DNA of 64,000 nucleotides. It comes from an uncultured Candidatus Saccharibacteria bacterium (GTDB taxonomy: Bacteria; Patescibacteriota; Minisyncoccia; Phycocordibacterales; UBA918). Positions within the stretch are counted from its first letter, which is position 1, and every line of letters starts with the position of its first letter. The position numbers and the translations under genes are program-made. This document shows, piece after piece, positions 49,678-59,383 of this stretch. The notes below the pieces were generated by a model. That model ran no database searches. It worked only from the letters and a program-made list of their open reading frames with translations, and was not told where the DNA came from. Where the stretch lies: NCBI GenBank assembly GCA_964638425.1, contig CAZWYM010000006.1, positions 3,054 through 67,053 of the forward strand, written 5' to 3'.

Positions 49678-50802
49678 TTATACCGACTTATTTGCGTGAG
49701 ATACGGAAGTTACCCACGCACGTGCGTATGCGAGAGGTGTGGTCTCTGCTAGCGTGCGCGCTGTCTCATTGCCCGCATGAGAGCATGACTCGCGAAATGC
49801 ACTGCCTTCTATCATTTTCTGCATCGCCTCTTTATACGGAACAACTCCACTTTCATGGACAACAATTCCATGCACCCCATCAAGGACCACTTCCCCCACA
49901 CAACCAACATCAGTTGTGATAACCGGCACCCCTACAGCCATCGCTTCAATTAAGGTAAGCGCATACGCTTCGTGCTGTGAAGCAAGGAGAAATACGTCAG
50001 CGCGCGACATCTCGCCGGCAACATCTTCTGTCCACGGCAAGAGCGAGACTGCTCCTGAGATACCTTGTTCTTCTATCACCTTTTCAATTTTTTCCTTCAA
50101 GACACCTTCTCCTACAATACACAACTCAATATCTTTGTGTGTGGTATGAAGCAGAGCAAATGCATGTACGATTCGTAAAATATCTTTTTCTGGCGCAAGT
50201 CTCCCAATGTATAAAAATCGATACGGTGGCGCACTTCGCACTAGGTACGGCGTCTGTAAAAAATTCTCCAACTCTGGGCGTATTGGGAGAACGGTAATCT
50301 TTTTTTCATCTACCCCGCGCGCGATGAGCGATTCCTTAATTCGTTTAGAAACAACTCGAACGCTAAGAACGTGCTTTAGAAGTACGAGTGCCATGCGTCG
50401 GCGAATCTTTCTCGTTATAGAATTCCCTACCCAATTATCTGAACTAAAGTAATCACCGTGTACCTGAATATGGAGCTGTGCTCCGGTGACTTTTGAAATA
50501 ATAAAACTGAGCCAGCCGATTTCAAGTGGATCTTGGGCAGAAATAACAAAGGGGCTCCCCTCGGTGATTATTTTTTTTGATATACGAAAAGCATCCAAGA
50601 GCATCATTGTTCGTGAAGATGAATGTGTGGGATAGAGATGTAAGCGCTCCTCATGTTGCTCATCTTTATATCCATGCTCTTTACGGGTTAACACGATGAT
50701 GTGGAGCTCTTCTGTGTATGCTGCATACGATCGCATACGCTCGCGCTCTCTGCTCTCTGTGTCTAAGATTCGTCTTCCTAAGCTTATGGTGAGTATCTTC
50801 AT
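49678..50802 (-). CDS. GT4 glycosyltransferase
   Basis: ASQHEAYALTLIEAMAVGVPVITTDVG. Confidence 0.8.
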   Translation of the reverse strand: MKILTISLGRRILDTESRERERMRSYAAYTEELHIIVLTRKEHGYKDEQHEERLHLYPTHSSSRTMMLLDAFRISKKIITEGSPFVISAQDPLEIGWLSFIISKVTGAQLHIQVHGDYFSSDNWVGNSITRKIRRRMALVLLKHVLSVRVVSKRIKESLIARGVDEKKITVLPIRPELENFLQTPYLVRSAPPYRFLYIGRLAPEKDILRIVHAFALLHTTHKDIELCIVGEGVLKEKIEKVIEEQGISGAVSLLPWTEDVAGEMSRADVFLLASQHEAYALTLIEAMAVGVPVITTDVGCVGEVVLDGVHGIVVHESGVVPYKEAMQKMIEGSAFRESCSHAGNETARTLAETTPLAYARAWVTSVSHANKSV

Positions 50803-51902
50803 AGTATTATTTTGACAATTTTCGGAATGATAACCTCTTCGCGAAACTGAGCCACCTTTTCCTTCCCATTACGAACAAGAGTGTCTCGAAGTAGTGTGTC
50901 TGACTTCATTCGTATAAGTGCCGTACGGAGGGCAGTCTCGTCATTAAATGGCACAAGGAGGGCTTCACGCTCGTGTGATACAAGCTCAACATTTCCTCCA
51001 ACCGGAGTTGTGATGATTGGTACACCAATATCCATAACCTCAAGGAGTTGATGCGAGAGCCCCTCATATGACGTATTAAGTACAAAGACATCTCCTCCTG
51101 AAACACGTTCTGAAAGTTCTTGCTTTGGTACCGCTCCTCGCAGGTGTATGTATCCTTCTGCCTTTCTCTCTTCGATAGATTTCTTAAGGTGCACATACTC
51201 GGTACCTTCTCCGATAATTTCGAGTGCTATATCAATACCCTCCGCATGGAGAGTAGCAACCACAGACACAAGAGCGGTGATTCCCTTCCACGGGACAAGT
51301 CGAGCAGAGGTAACAACAACAAATCCTGTATACGCAAAGCGAGAACGAAGCGCATCTTTGCTTTCGGCAATAACAATAGGATTGAGTGCGCTGTATATTC
51401 TAAAAATTTTCTCTTCAGACACTCCCCACTTCATCACAACACCCTTCATGTATTCACTCGGCACAATAATTTTTACAGCACGATTTGCAACAGTACGCTG
51501 TAAGAATGCGAGAAATCGAACCATGAATGGTTTCTCCTTTTCTAAAAGATATTCATCGAGCGTCCTATTGAGACCGAAGCGCTGTTGTCCTTGTTCCCAT
51601 GCGTAATCCCCGGGAACCCGAAGGTACAACTTTTTTCGAAGGATGATACTTGCGCAGAGGGCAGGAATGCCCACACTTACCGCATCGAGTGCATATAGAG
51701 TATCTGCTCTATACCCCTTCTTCAGGAGCAGAAAAAAATACGCAAGATGACGTATGATTTTTGGAAGCATTCGCACCGAGCGAAATGAAACGACGTCACA
51801 TTCGATTCCCTGCTGAGGGAGATGGGTAACAAGAAATTTTGTGTACGTCGCAGGACCCCCAATATCGGGAAACGACAATCCTGTGGCAATAAGTATCCTC
51901 AT
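50799..51902 (-). CDS. GT4 glycosyltransferase
   Basis: MRILIATGLSFPDIGGPATY N-terminus and NTSYEGLSHQLLEVMDIGVPIITTPVGG. The track start at 52010 would overlap the divergent NodB gene; the ATG at 51902 is preferred. Confidence 0.75.
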   Translation of the reverse strand: MRILIATGLSFPDIGGPATYTKFLVTHLPQQGIECDVVSFRSVRMLPKIIRHLAYFFLLLKKGYRADTLYALDAVSVGIPALCASIILRKKLYLRVPGDYAWEQGQQRFGLNRTLDEYLLEKEKPFMVRFLAFLQRTVANRAVKIIVPSEYMKGVVMKWGVSEEKIFRIYSALNPIVIAESKDALRSRFAYTGFVVVTSARLVPWKGITALVSVVATLHAEGIDIALEIIGEGTEYVHLKKSIEERKAEGYIHLRGAVPKQELSERVSGGDVFVLNTSYEGLSHQLLEVMDIGVPIITTPVGGNVELVSHEREALLVPFNDETALRTALIRMKSDTLLRDTLVRNGKEKVAQFREEVIIPKIVKIIL

Positions 51903-51992
51903 ATCAGTATGAATAGTATGCACGAGGAATGGCAAGAGTCCAATCAAGCGCCCTGTTAAAACCATGCACATAGCGGTATAGTTACCAGTATT

Positions 51993-53003
51993 ATGCAGGC
52001 GAAGAAACATGGCTACCTCGTGATATCCCTCGATTTAGAGCTGTATTGGGGAATGTTTGATAAAGTCACTCTTGAAGAGTACGGGGCGCATATTCTCGGA
52101 GAACGAACAGCAATACCACGTATGCTCGAGATGTTCACCACCTACGGCATTCACGCAACGTGGGCTTCTGTTGGTATGCTCATGGCGCGCAATAAGCACG
52201 AGCTCCTTACCCTCCTTCCTCCTCCACACCTTCGCCCACTATATGAAGATCAAACAGTGTCTGCGTACACACACATTGAGACAGGGGCAATTGGGAACGA
52301 CGAGCAGTCTGACCCGTATCACTTTGGACCTTCTCTCATTAAATTAATTCTTGCAACTGACCACCAAGAAATTGGTAACCACACCTTCTCTCATTACTAT
52401 TGCATTGATGGCAAGATAAACGATACTGCTATCTTTGCGCGCGACTTAGAAGCACACCGCGAAATTGCTCGGACGTATGGTATCAATGCAGAGTCAATAA
52501 TATTCCCCCGCAATCAAGCAAATGCCGAGTCCCTCCAAACGTGCCTCCAATACGGGATTACCTCGTATCGTGGAAACGAAAATCACTTTCTCTATCGAGG
52601 AAGAGAAGAAAGTAAGCAGTCACTTTTTATCCGCGGCCTCCGTCTCCTCGACCACTACATAAATATAAGTGGTCACCATACATACTCATTGGGAGATAGA
52701 AAAGAAAACGAGCCACACAATATTCCTTCAAGTAGATTCCTTCGCCCTTGGAGTAAAGCGCTTCGTATGTTTGAATGGCTCCGCTTACACAGAATTAAAA
52801 AGAGTATGACCCATGCGGCGAAGCATGGAGAGGTATTTCATCTTTGGTGGCACCCCCACAATTTTGGGATTAACCAAACTGAGAATTTTAAAAACTTGAA
52901 TGAAATTCTCACACACTACAAAAAGCTCAATGAACGATACGGTATGAAGAGTGCCTCAATGCAGGATATTACAAAAATCCAAAACCGTTCTCTCCCTCAT
53001 TAA
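51993..53003 (+). CDS. Polysaccharide deacetylase family protein (NodB-like)
   Basis: DHQEIGNHTFSHYY His motif; 336 aa. Confidence 0.65.
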   Translation: MQAKKHGYLVISLDLELYWGMFDKVTLEEYGAHILGERTAIPRMLEMFTTYGIHATWASVGMLMARNKHELLTLLPPPHLRPLYEDQTVSAYTHIETGAIGNDEQSDPYHFGPSLIKLILATDHQEIGNHTFSHYYCIDGKINDTAIFARDLEAHREIARTYGINAESIIFPRNQANAESLQTCLQYGITSYRGNENHFLYRGREESKQSLFIRGLRLLDHYINISGHHTYSLGDRKENEPHNIPSSRFLRPWSKALRMFEWLRLHRIKKSMTHAAKHGEVFHLWWHPHNFGINQTENFKNLNEILTHYKKLNERYGMKSASMQDITKIQNRSLPH

Positions 53004-53830
53004 ATCCCCTTTCGCACGAGTTGCTTAAGTGATTTTGGTAGTTTGATACCAACCTTTGCGAGCGTTGCATTTACAAATTTTCCGAGCACAATGACACACA
53101 CTGAGACGAGGCTATCAAAACGATACTTCTGAATACACTCATCAATATTTGGAATTGTCCCATAGAAGGAAGCCTGTGGTGATGAAACAGAAAAGGCTCC
53201 TATTTTTAATTTTTCAATAACTCCAGCCTCAGTAAGGGTCTCTGTTGCGAGAGTAATAAATGGTGCACCAAAATGTTCGGTACGATGGAAATCTACTCCT
53301 CCCGTCCCAAGGAGTGTTGGCTTTTTCTCACGCAACTCACCGAGAAGTGCGAGCGAGCGTGTCCTTGGTACACGCTTCCCTTCATACTGTTGATTCCATA
53401 CTTCGAGCGCGTCTATTTCTTCGAGGAGACCTTCATCAACTAAAAAATTATTTCGCACGGGGTGCGCGAGCAACACTAACGATGCTTTCTCAGTCCATTT
53501 TTTAAGTGATTGAATATCGGGTGCATAATTACCAAAGAACTCGCGGAGTCCGACCATAAGAATATGTGCATGTTCCTTGGCACCCTCGATTTTATAGGGC
53601 ACTTCAAACCCAGGTATAAAAAGAAATGCTTCATCACTGAGCGCCTCACACTCCCTCACAAAAGCTTGTGCATCCTCACTCGTCATTTCATCAACATGTT
53701 CCGTCATACACACAAACTGAATGTTGTTTTTCTGGCAGAGTGCTTTTAATTCAGAGAGTGACAGTTTAGCGTCGTACGAGTATCTCGAGTGGCAATGAAT
53801 TATTCCTCTGTATGTATGCTCTAGTCCCAT
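53000..53830 (-). CDS. PHP-domain metal-dependent phosphoesterase
   Basis: GIIHCHSRYSYDAKLS...CMTEHVD PHP His clusters. Confidence 0.65.
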   Translation of the reverse strand: MGLEHTYRGIIHCHSRYSYDAKLSLSELKALCQKNNIQFVCMTEHVDEMTSEDAQAFVRECEALSDEAFLFIPGFEVPYKIEGAKEHAHILMVGLREFFGNYAPDIQSLKKWTEKASLVLLAHPVRNNFLVDEGLLEEIDALEVWNQQYEGKRVPRTRSLALLGELREKKPTLLGTGGVDFHRTEHFGAPFITLATETLTEAGVIEKLKIGAFSVSSPQASFYGTIPNIDECIQKYRFDSLVSVCVIVLGKFVNATLAKVGIKLPKSLKQLVRKGI

Positions 53831-55047
53831 ATTTTTTTAAGTATATCAACAATTTCCATAAGTGCTGGCTTGGGGTCATGGAATGACCACACGTCATACA
53901 TAACCCCTCTCGGGAGTATACAGAAATCACGGAGCGCTTTGAGCCGAGGTGGATACAGAAGCTTTCGCATTGGGTCGTTCGCAAAAAGAACCCTGAGGAG
54001 GTGCTTCACATCGCCAAGAAAATGAATTGAGGAAACTCCCTCGCGTGCTGTTTCTAACGTTTGTGACAACTTCTCTCCTTGGGCATACCGGTAATAGAGA
54101 TATGGAATATCAAGACCAGCTGAAACAGAAAGAGGGAGCGACCCCCAAAAACGACCATTTATTTCCATAAGTTTTGGTTCTCGCGAATCGCTATCCACCT
54201 TGTACTCAACCATAATGGGACCGGTCCACGAAAGTTTCGTAACCAATGTTTTTGCGTACGCTTCAAGAGTATTTTTTAAATCCCCTGCATGAAGTGTTTC
54301 TTTCAAGACCGACGCCCCACCTGTTGGTGAGAGCGAACGTATTCGATGGTGCGTGACACACGCATAGACAACACCTTTGTCAGCAAGCATTTCAACTCCA
54401 TACTCCTCTCCGTGAACGAGCGTTTGAATGAGGGGTGCTTCACCAAGCGTCTTTTTCAGTTCAGAAAACGTGCGTATAAGGTCTTCTTTATTTTGTATAA
54501 AGGAGGCTGTCCCAAACACTCCAGCACCATCTTTCCACGTTACGCTTCGTCTCGGCTTAATAACAACGGGATATGCGAATGTCTCACCCATTTGCGCAAC
54601 CTCGTGAGCCATCTCAGGGGCAAAGGTGGTAATGGTTGGAATTCCAGAAATACGTGCAAGTGAATACGTTGCCGCCTTATCGAAGGCAATTTCCATCGCC
54701 TTCTCCTCGGGGAATACGAGGGTCATATATTCAGAAAGATCCTCCCTATGAAGGTAGAGCGAGAGAAACGTCGCATCGCTAAATGCATACACAACAGGCT
54801 TCCCTCCCATGCGTATTGCCTCTTCACGTACACGGGTAATAAACGCTTCTTGTTGTGTATAGGGAGAAGGATACGTAAACGTATTTGTTGTATATCGGCT
54901 ATGGAGCGACATCGCCGTCGGACGCTCTGCCCCCACAGAAATAATGACTCCAGCCCTTCCCAGCGACCTAACCGAAGCAAGCGCGCTCTTAAGCTGTCCA
55001 TCGAGAATTATTGCGCTCATTCTTTGTATCATACCGCAAACACGCAA
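53821..55047 (-). CDS. ATP-grasp domain ligase
   Basis: ETFAYPVVIKPRRS, LIQTLVHGEEYGVEM, KLMEINGRFWGS ATP-grasp blocks. Alternative starts at 55032/55020 (MSAIILDG). Confidence 0.65.
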   Translation of the reverse strand: MRVCGMIQRMSAIILDGQLKSALASVRSLGRAGVIISVGAERPTAMSLHSRYTTNTFTYPSPYTQQEAFITRVREEAIRMGGKPVVYAFSDATFLSLYLHREDLSEYMTLVFPEEKAMEIAFDKAATYSLARISGIPTITTFAPEMAHEVAQMGETFAYPVVIKPRRSVTWKDGAGVFGTASFIQNKEDLIRTFSELKKTLGEAPLIQTLVHGEEYGVEMLADKGVVYACVTHHRIRSLSPTGGASVLKETLHAGDLKNTLEAYAKTLVTKLSWTGPIMVEYKVDSDSREPKLMEINGRFWGSLPLSVSAGLDIPYLYYRYAQGEKLSQTLETAREGVSSIHFLGDVKHLLRVLFANDPMRKLLYPPRLKALRDFCILPRGVMYDVWSFHDPKPALMEIVDILKKIWD

Positions 55048-55132
55048 GAATGCAGAGTCTGTTACTTTATGGCTTGAATACTTGTTCTATGGAGCACGCC
55101 CTGAATGTAGTACACTTTCTACTATCACCTAT

Positions 55133-55732
55133 ATGAAAATCCTAATTGTGACCCCACTATACCCACCTGATATTGCGCCCTTAGCGCTCTACGTCAAGGA
55201 ATGCGCAACACGACTCAGTACAAAGGCTGAGGTTACCGTTTTAGCATACGCACACCTTCCTGAGAAAATCGATGGAGTGCGTATCGTCTCGGTTGCAAAG
55301 GACACTCCTGCGTTTATTCGTATGGCATTTTTTGCTTTTGCTTTATGGCGTGAAGGACGTTCAGTAGATGTTATATATGTTCAAAACGGAGCGTCAGTAG
55401 AACTTCCCGTACGACTCACAAGTCTTTTTGTTTCGACACCGTACGTACTGCACGTATCTGATTCTGTCGCACTTGAATCTGCGCGCGAAAACTCCCTCAA
55501 TAAAAAAATATTGCACGCTGCACTACGGGGGGCAATCCATATTATTCATGGAGCTCGTATCGTCCTACCATTCCCCTTCCGTGAAAAAACAACTGTAGTA
55601 GAAGTCCCTCACCATCGTCCTGAAATACTTCCTTTCCGTGATTACCCAGAAGCATCTTTTGCGGAGTACGAAGAATCGTGGAATGAACACATCGAAAAAA
55701 TCACACATACATTTACCTATGCAAAACGATAA
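55133..55732 (+). CDS. Stand-alone GT4 N-terminal (acceptor-side Rossmann) half-domain protein
   Basis: MKILIVTPLYPPDIAPLALYVKE...VDVIYVQNGAS resembles the Glyco_trans_4 N-terminal domain but ends after ~199 aa with no E-x7-E C-terminal domain. The track start at 54944 overlaps the opposite-strand gene. Confidence 0.45.
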   Translation: MKILIVTPLYPPDIAPLALYVKECATRLSTKAEVTVLAYAHLPEKIDGVRIVSVAKDTPAFIRMAFFAFALWREGRSVDVIYVQNGASVELPVRLTSLFVSTPYVLHVSDSVALESARENSLNKKILHAALRGAIHIIHGARIVLPFPFREKTTVVEVPHHRPEILPFRDYPEASFAEYEESWNEHIEKITHTFTYAKR

Positions 55733-56825
55733 CGCAAAAAATAATTGGGACGCGTACTGCAATGCTGAGCTTCTCAGAATTGTGCCTATTCTCAAAGAAT
55801 ACGAGTATACGCTCGACGAGGCACAACCACACCTCGAAGGAGAGCGCTATCTCATGAATGCGATTACAACGACAAGTGGTCGGAAGCTCATCTTACGAGG
55901 AAAAGATGATTCAGGTATACAAGTAATTATTAAGGCGAGTCGTGAAAAGAATGGTATAGGTGAAATCAATCACGAGCGAAATTGTCGAAGCGTGCTCTCA
56001 CACATTGATTTTGCTCGGGACACTTTTCACACACCTCCCGAAGTTGCATACATTGAACGTGATGGATATGTTATCAGCATACAAAAATTTATTGCTCAAG
56101 AGAGCTCGTTTCTTGAGCGCCCTATTGAAAATCAATTCATGCTTGCCCTCTCTGCATTTAAGGGACAAGAAGGGGCACACGCTACTACGTACAAACATCG
56201 AAGGCGAATTGGGCGCACCTTCGGCATACGCACGAGCAAAACGTACTTAAACACATTTACCTCTTTTATTGAAAACATCACCAAAAAAATCCCCAATGAA
56301 GCTTCCCTGCTAGAAACCCTCCACTCGGCGTTCAGTGAGTTACAACGTGGCGAAAACACCATCGAACAGTACTGCGGGTTCCTCACCCACACTGATTTTG
56401 TGCCCCACAATATCCGTGTACAGGGAGAGACGATATACCTTCTTGACCACTCCTCGTTAACGTTTGGAAACAAGTACGAGGGATGGGCTCGGTTCATTAA
56501 CTTTATGACTCTCTATAACCCACCACTCCAAAAAGCACTCGAGCAGTATGTACGCGATAATCGCACGACAGAGGAATCTGAATCCCTTCGCCTCATGCGT
56601 ATATACCGTCTCGGGGAAATTCTTTGGTACTATGTGCGAACACTCGATAAAAGTTCGGGTAACCTCAAAGCACTCAACAGCGAACGCATCACCTTCTGGA
56701 GTGAGGTGCTCCGCTTCGTAATAGCAAGGAGCGAGGTTTCACCTGAGGTAATAAGTGGTTACACAACGAAGCGTGACTCGCTCAGAAGCGAGGACGAGAA
56801 ACGAAGACAAATTGGACTCCACTAA
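55719..56825 (+). CDS. Phosphotransferase-family (APH/choline-kinase-like) putative small-molecule/sugar kinase
   Basis: GFLTHTDFVPHNIRV (HxDxxxxN catalytic loop) and IYLLDHSSLTFG (DFG-equivalent) typical of the APH fold. Start ambiguous (55638/55683/55719). Confidence 0.5.
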   Translation: MQNDNAKNNWDAYCNAELLRIVPILKEYEYTLDEAQPHLEGERYLMNAITTTSGRKLILRGKDDSGIQVIIKASREKNGIGEINHERNCRSVLSHIDFARDTFHTPPEVAYIERDGYVISIQKFIAQESSFLERPIENQFMLALSAFKGQEGAHATTYKHRRRIGRTFGIRTSKTYLNTFTSFIENITKKIPNEASLLETLHSAFSELQRGENTIEQYCGFLTHTDFVPHNIRVQGETIYLLDHSSLTFGNKYEGWARFINFMTLYNPPLQKALEQYVRDNRTTEESESLRLMRIYRLGEILWYYVRTLDKSSGNLKALNSERITFWSEVLRFVIARSEVSPEVISGYTTKRDSLRSEDEKRRQIGLH

Positions 56826-58042
56826 GAAGACTTGGAAGTTAGCGGAGCAAAAACCCTTTCTTTCATCTTTGTTGCAACGATATCCCAATCATATTCTTCT
56901 TCTACCATTTTTCGTGCGCGCGCAGTTACTTCACTAACCTTCTCTGGGTGTGCGAGAATTTCAAGCACAGCATCTCGGATTCCCTCTGGACTATCTGCAT
57001 CAACTGCCCACCCTGTCGTTCCCTTTTCTGGGTTTCTTTTTGCGTCAAAGAGAAAATCTGCAATACCTCCCACTTGCGTAGCAATAACAGGAAGTCGACA
57101 TGCCATTGCTGAAAGAAAAGCATTCCCCAATCCCTCAGAACGTGAGGGCCCAACAAAGATGTCTCCCGCAAATCGGTACTGCGTTACCTCACTCCGATCT
57201 ATTTGCCCAGTGAAGACAACCCTTCCGATAAGCTGTAACTCTTCTGCGAGTTGTTTAAGCATTTCTTCATCGGGACCACCTCCAACAACGAGAAGTTTAA
57301 TATGTGCTGGTAAAAGTGTGAGTGCACGGATTGTTGTATCGAATCCTTTTTGGTGTACAAGCCTTGCTGTATTAACGAGGTAGATATCGCCATCTTTTTT
57401 TCCAAGCTTTTGCTTTAAGACTTCAACTTCTTTTTGGTCAAAAGTTGGCTTAATTGATTCTGGGTTTGCACCATTACGAATGAGTTCAAGTTTCCTAGGA
57501 TAACCCATCCGCGTAGCCCACGCTCCAAGAAATTCTGAAATTGGTTGCACTATGTGAGCGTGAGTAAACGCTCGTTTGAAAAACGGCCACAATGGTTTCA
57601 TTGTACGCTCGATATATTCTGGAGCATCCCCTTCTTGGAGTGTAAGTGCATACGGTACACCGGTGAGTATATTAAAAATACTCACCGGGACACCTGTTCC
57701 ATGAGCCATCATTGCCCACGCTCCGTCATAGTGGTACTTCCTATGCAAGAAATAAGCTTTTATCCCAGCTGCAATTTGAAAATAGTGCTTGTTGTAATGG
57801 AGTGGGAATTTTCTTCGTTCTTCAAGTGTTGCATTCGGTTTACCCCAGAGCCCCACACGGTGAATGAGAACATTCCCAATTTTTTGAGTACGAGGGACGA
57901 CACTATCGTAATACAGGGTCACCATGTGAAATTCAATTTCTTCCGGATTTATTCTTTCGGTAATTTCCTGAATCGCTGCCTCGGCCCCAGAAATAGTTCC
58001 CGGTAGGTAATCAAGTGAGAAAATGAGTATCTTTTTTTTCAT
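56822..58042 (-). CDS. GT4 glycosyltransferase
   Basis: MKKKILIFSLDYLPG...GGAE N-terminus, GPSRSEGLGNAFLSAMACRLPVIATQVGG; AGGAAG RBS before 58042. Confidence 0.8.
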   Translation of the reverse strand: MKKKILIFSLDYLPGTISGAEAAIQEITERINPEEIEFHMVTLYYDSVVPRTQKIGNVLIHRVGLWGKPNATLEERRKFPLHYNKHYFQIAAGIKAYFLHRKYHYDGAWAMMAHGTGVPVSIFNILTGVPYALTLQEGDAPEYIERTMKPLWPFFKRAFTHAHIVQPISEFLGAWATRMGYPRKLELIRNGANPESIKPTFDQKEVEVLKQKLGKKDGDIYLVNTARLVHQKGFDTTIRALTLLPAHIKLLVVGGGPDEEMLKQLAEELQLIGRVVFTGQIDRSEVTQYRFAGDIFVGPSRSEGLGNAFLSAMACRLPVIATQVGGIADFLFDAKRNPEKGTTGWAVDADSPEGIRDAVLEILAHPEKVSEVTARARKMVEEEYDWDIVATKMKERVFAPLTSKSS

Positions 58043-58917
58043 TTTGTAGTTACTTCCTGTATGTATTCTGGCAAATGATATTTTGGCACCCAACCAAGTG
58101 CTCGGGTTTTTGTAGAATCAACTTCAGCGCTTCCGCGTGTTGTCTTTGTTGCAGGAAGCATTTCAATTTTTCCACCAAACATTTCTGCGACTTGTAGTAG
58201 CGTAAATATTTCATCGGTGCCAATTCCAAAATTATCTCCTTCTCCCTTCTCGCCAACAAGGACTATCCCCTCTATGGTATCGAGAACGTGTGTGAAGGCA
58301 CGCTCTTGTGTTCCTGGACTACGAACGAGAAGCGATGTTCCCTCCTTCTGTGCTCGACGCCACGTTTCAATCACGGTTCCGTACTCCTCTATACTCCGCT
58401 CACGTGGACCATAGACATTATAAAAATAAACAATCGCATACGGGAGTGTGTACCAGCGAGCATAGTTTACAACCAGCTCTGTGTTAACCGCCTTCATCCA
58501 TGTATATGGGGAAAGGTCTCTCCCTATTACTCCATCCTCTCGCGCGCCCACTCCCTTTGTTGAAGACCCTGCGTACACTAATTTACACTTCTTTTCCCGC
58601 CAAAATTCAAGTACAGCGAAAGTCCCCTCCATATTTAAATCAAATGTAAGTTCTGGTTCTTCGAGACTTTTGGCGACGCGAGAGTATTCTCCTAAGTGGT
58701 AAATAATATCTGGAGTTTCAGTCACCAAGGCGCTGATGTCCTTCGTGTGCCCGTTTCTATACTCGACATCAGCGACATGATTATTTTCCGTTCCTGCAAA
58801 ATAATTATCGAGAGAGATTACGCGATACCCTTCACGCACAAGTCGCTCACAGAGATGTGAGCCAATAAATCCAGCCCCGCCAGTGACGAGAGCTACCTTC
58901 TTATCCATTGTTTCCAT
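58039..58917 (-). CDS. NAD-dependent epimerase/dehydratase (SDR; UDP-sugar 4-epimerase/UXS-like)
   Basis: KKVALVTGGAGFIGSHLCERL Rossmann motif, YTWMK (YxxxK). Confidence 0.8.
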   Translation of the reverse strand: METMDKKVALVTGGAGFIGSHLCERLVREGYRVISLDNYFAGTENNHVADVEYRNGHTKDISALVTETPDIIYHLGEYSRVAKSLEEPELTFDLNMEGTFAVLEFWREKKCKLVYAGSSTKGVGAREDGVIGRDLSPYTWMKAVNTELVVNYARWYTLPYAIVYFYNVYGPRERSIEEYGTVIETWRRAQKEGTSLLVRSPGTQERAFTHVLDTIEGIVLVGEKGEGDNFGIGTDEIFTLLQVAEMFGGKIEMLPATKTTRGSAEVDSTKTRALGWVPKYHLPEYIQEVTTK

Positions 58918-59005
58918 TGCCGTATAGTACCAAATATTTAGCGAAATTGTTACACATATGAAAAACCCTCGTGTCGGCACGACACGAGGGTTAAGAAGCA
59001 CCTAT

Positions 59006-59269
59006 CTATGAAACTGGAGTGAGAACGGTATCCCATTCCTTACGATGCAACATCCCCGAAGTGAGACTAGAACCGAACAGGTTTTTCGTTATATCACCAT
59101 CGAGTGCGCCGTTCGTAACAATTTCTACATCAAATACGTCCTTCACTGTGGATGGGCGTTGTTGCACATCCACAAATTTACCGACCTCAAGAAACAAAAG
59201 ATCATGTTTAAGTTTTCTAATTCTTGTGTCACGCAGTTTTGCTGTTGCAAGAACTTTTGAACTTCCCAT
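59006..59269 (-). CDS. Hypothetical 87-aa protein (possible PRC-barrel-like fold)
   Basis: GGAGG 5 nt upstream of ATG 59269; MGSSKVLATAKLRDTRIRKL...; no firm family. Confidence 0.4.
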   Translation of the reverse strand: MGSSKVLATAKLRDTRIRKLKHDLLFLEVGKFVDVQQRPSTVKDVFDVEIVTNGALDGDITKNLFGSSLTSGMLHRKEWDTVLTPVS

Positions 59270-59383
59270 ATAACCTCCTTTAGACCATCTCAACGTACAA
59301 AATAAATACGACAATACCCAGCACAAGGTAACATATCATATGCATTATGAAAACTGTGCAGAGGTCACACTATAAAATACCTG

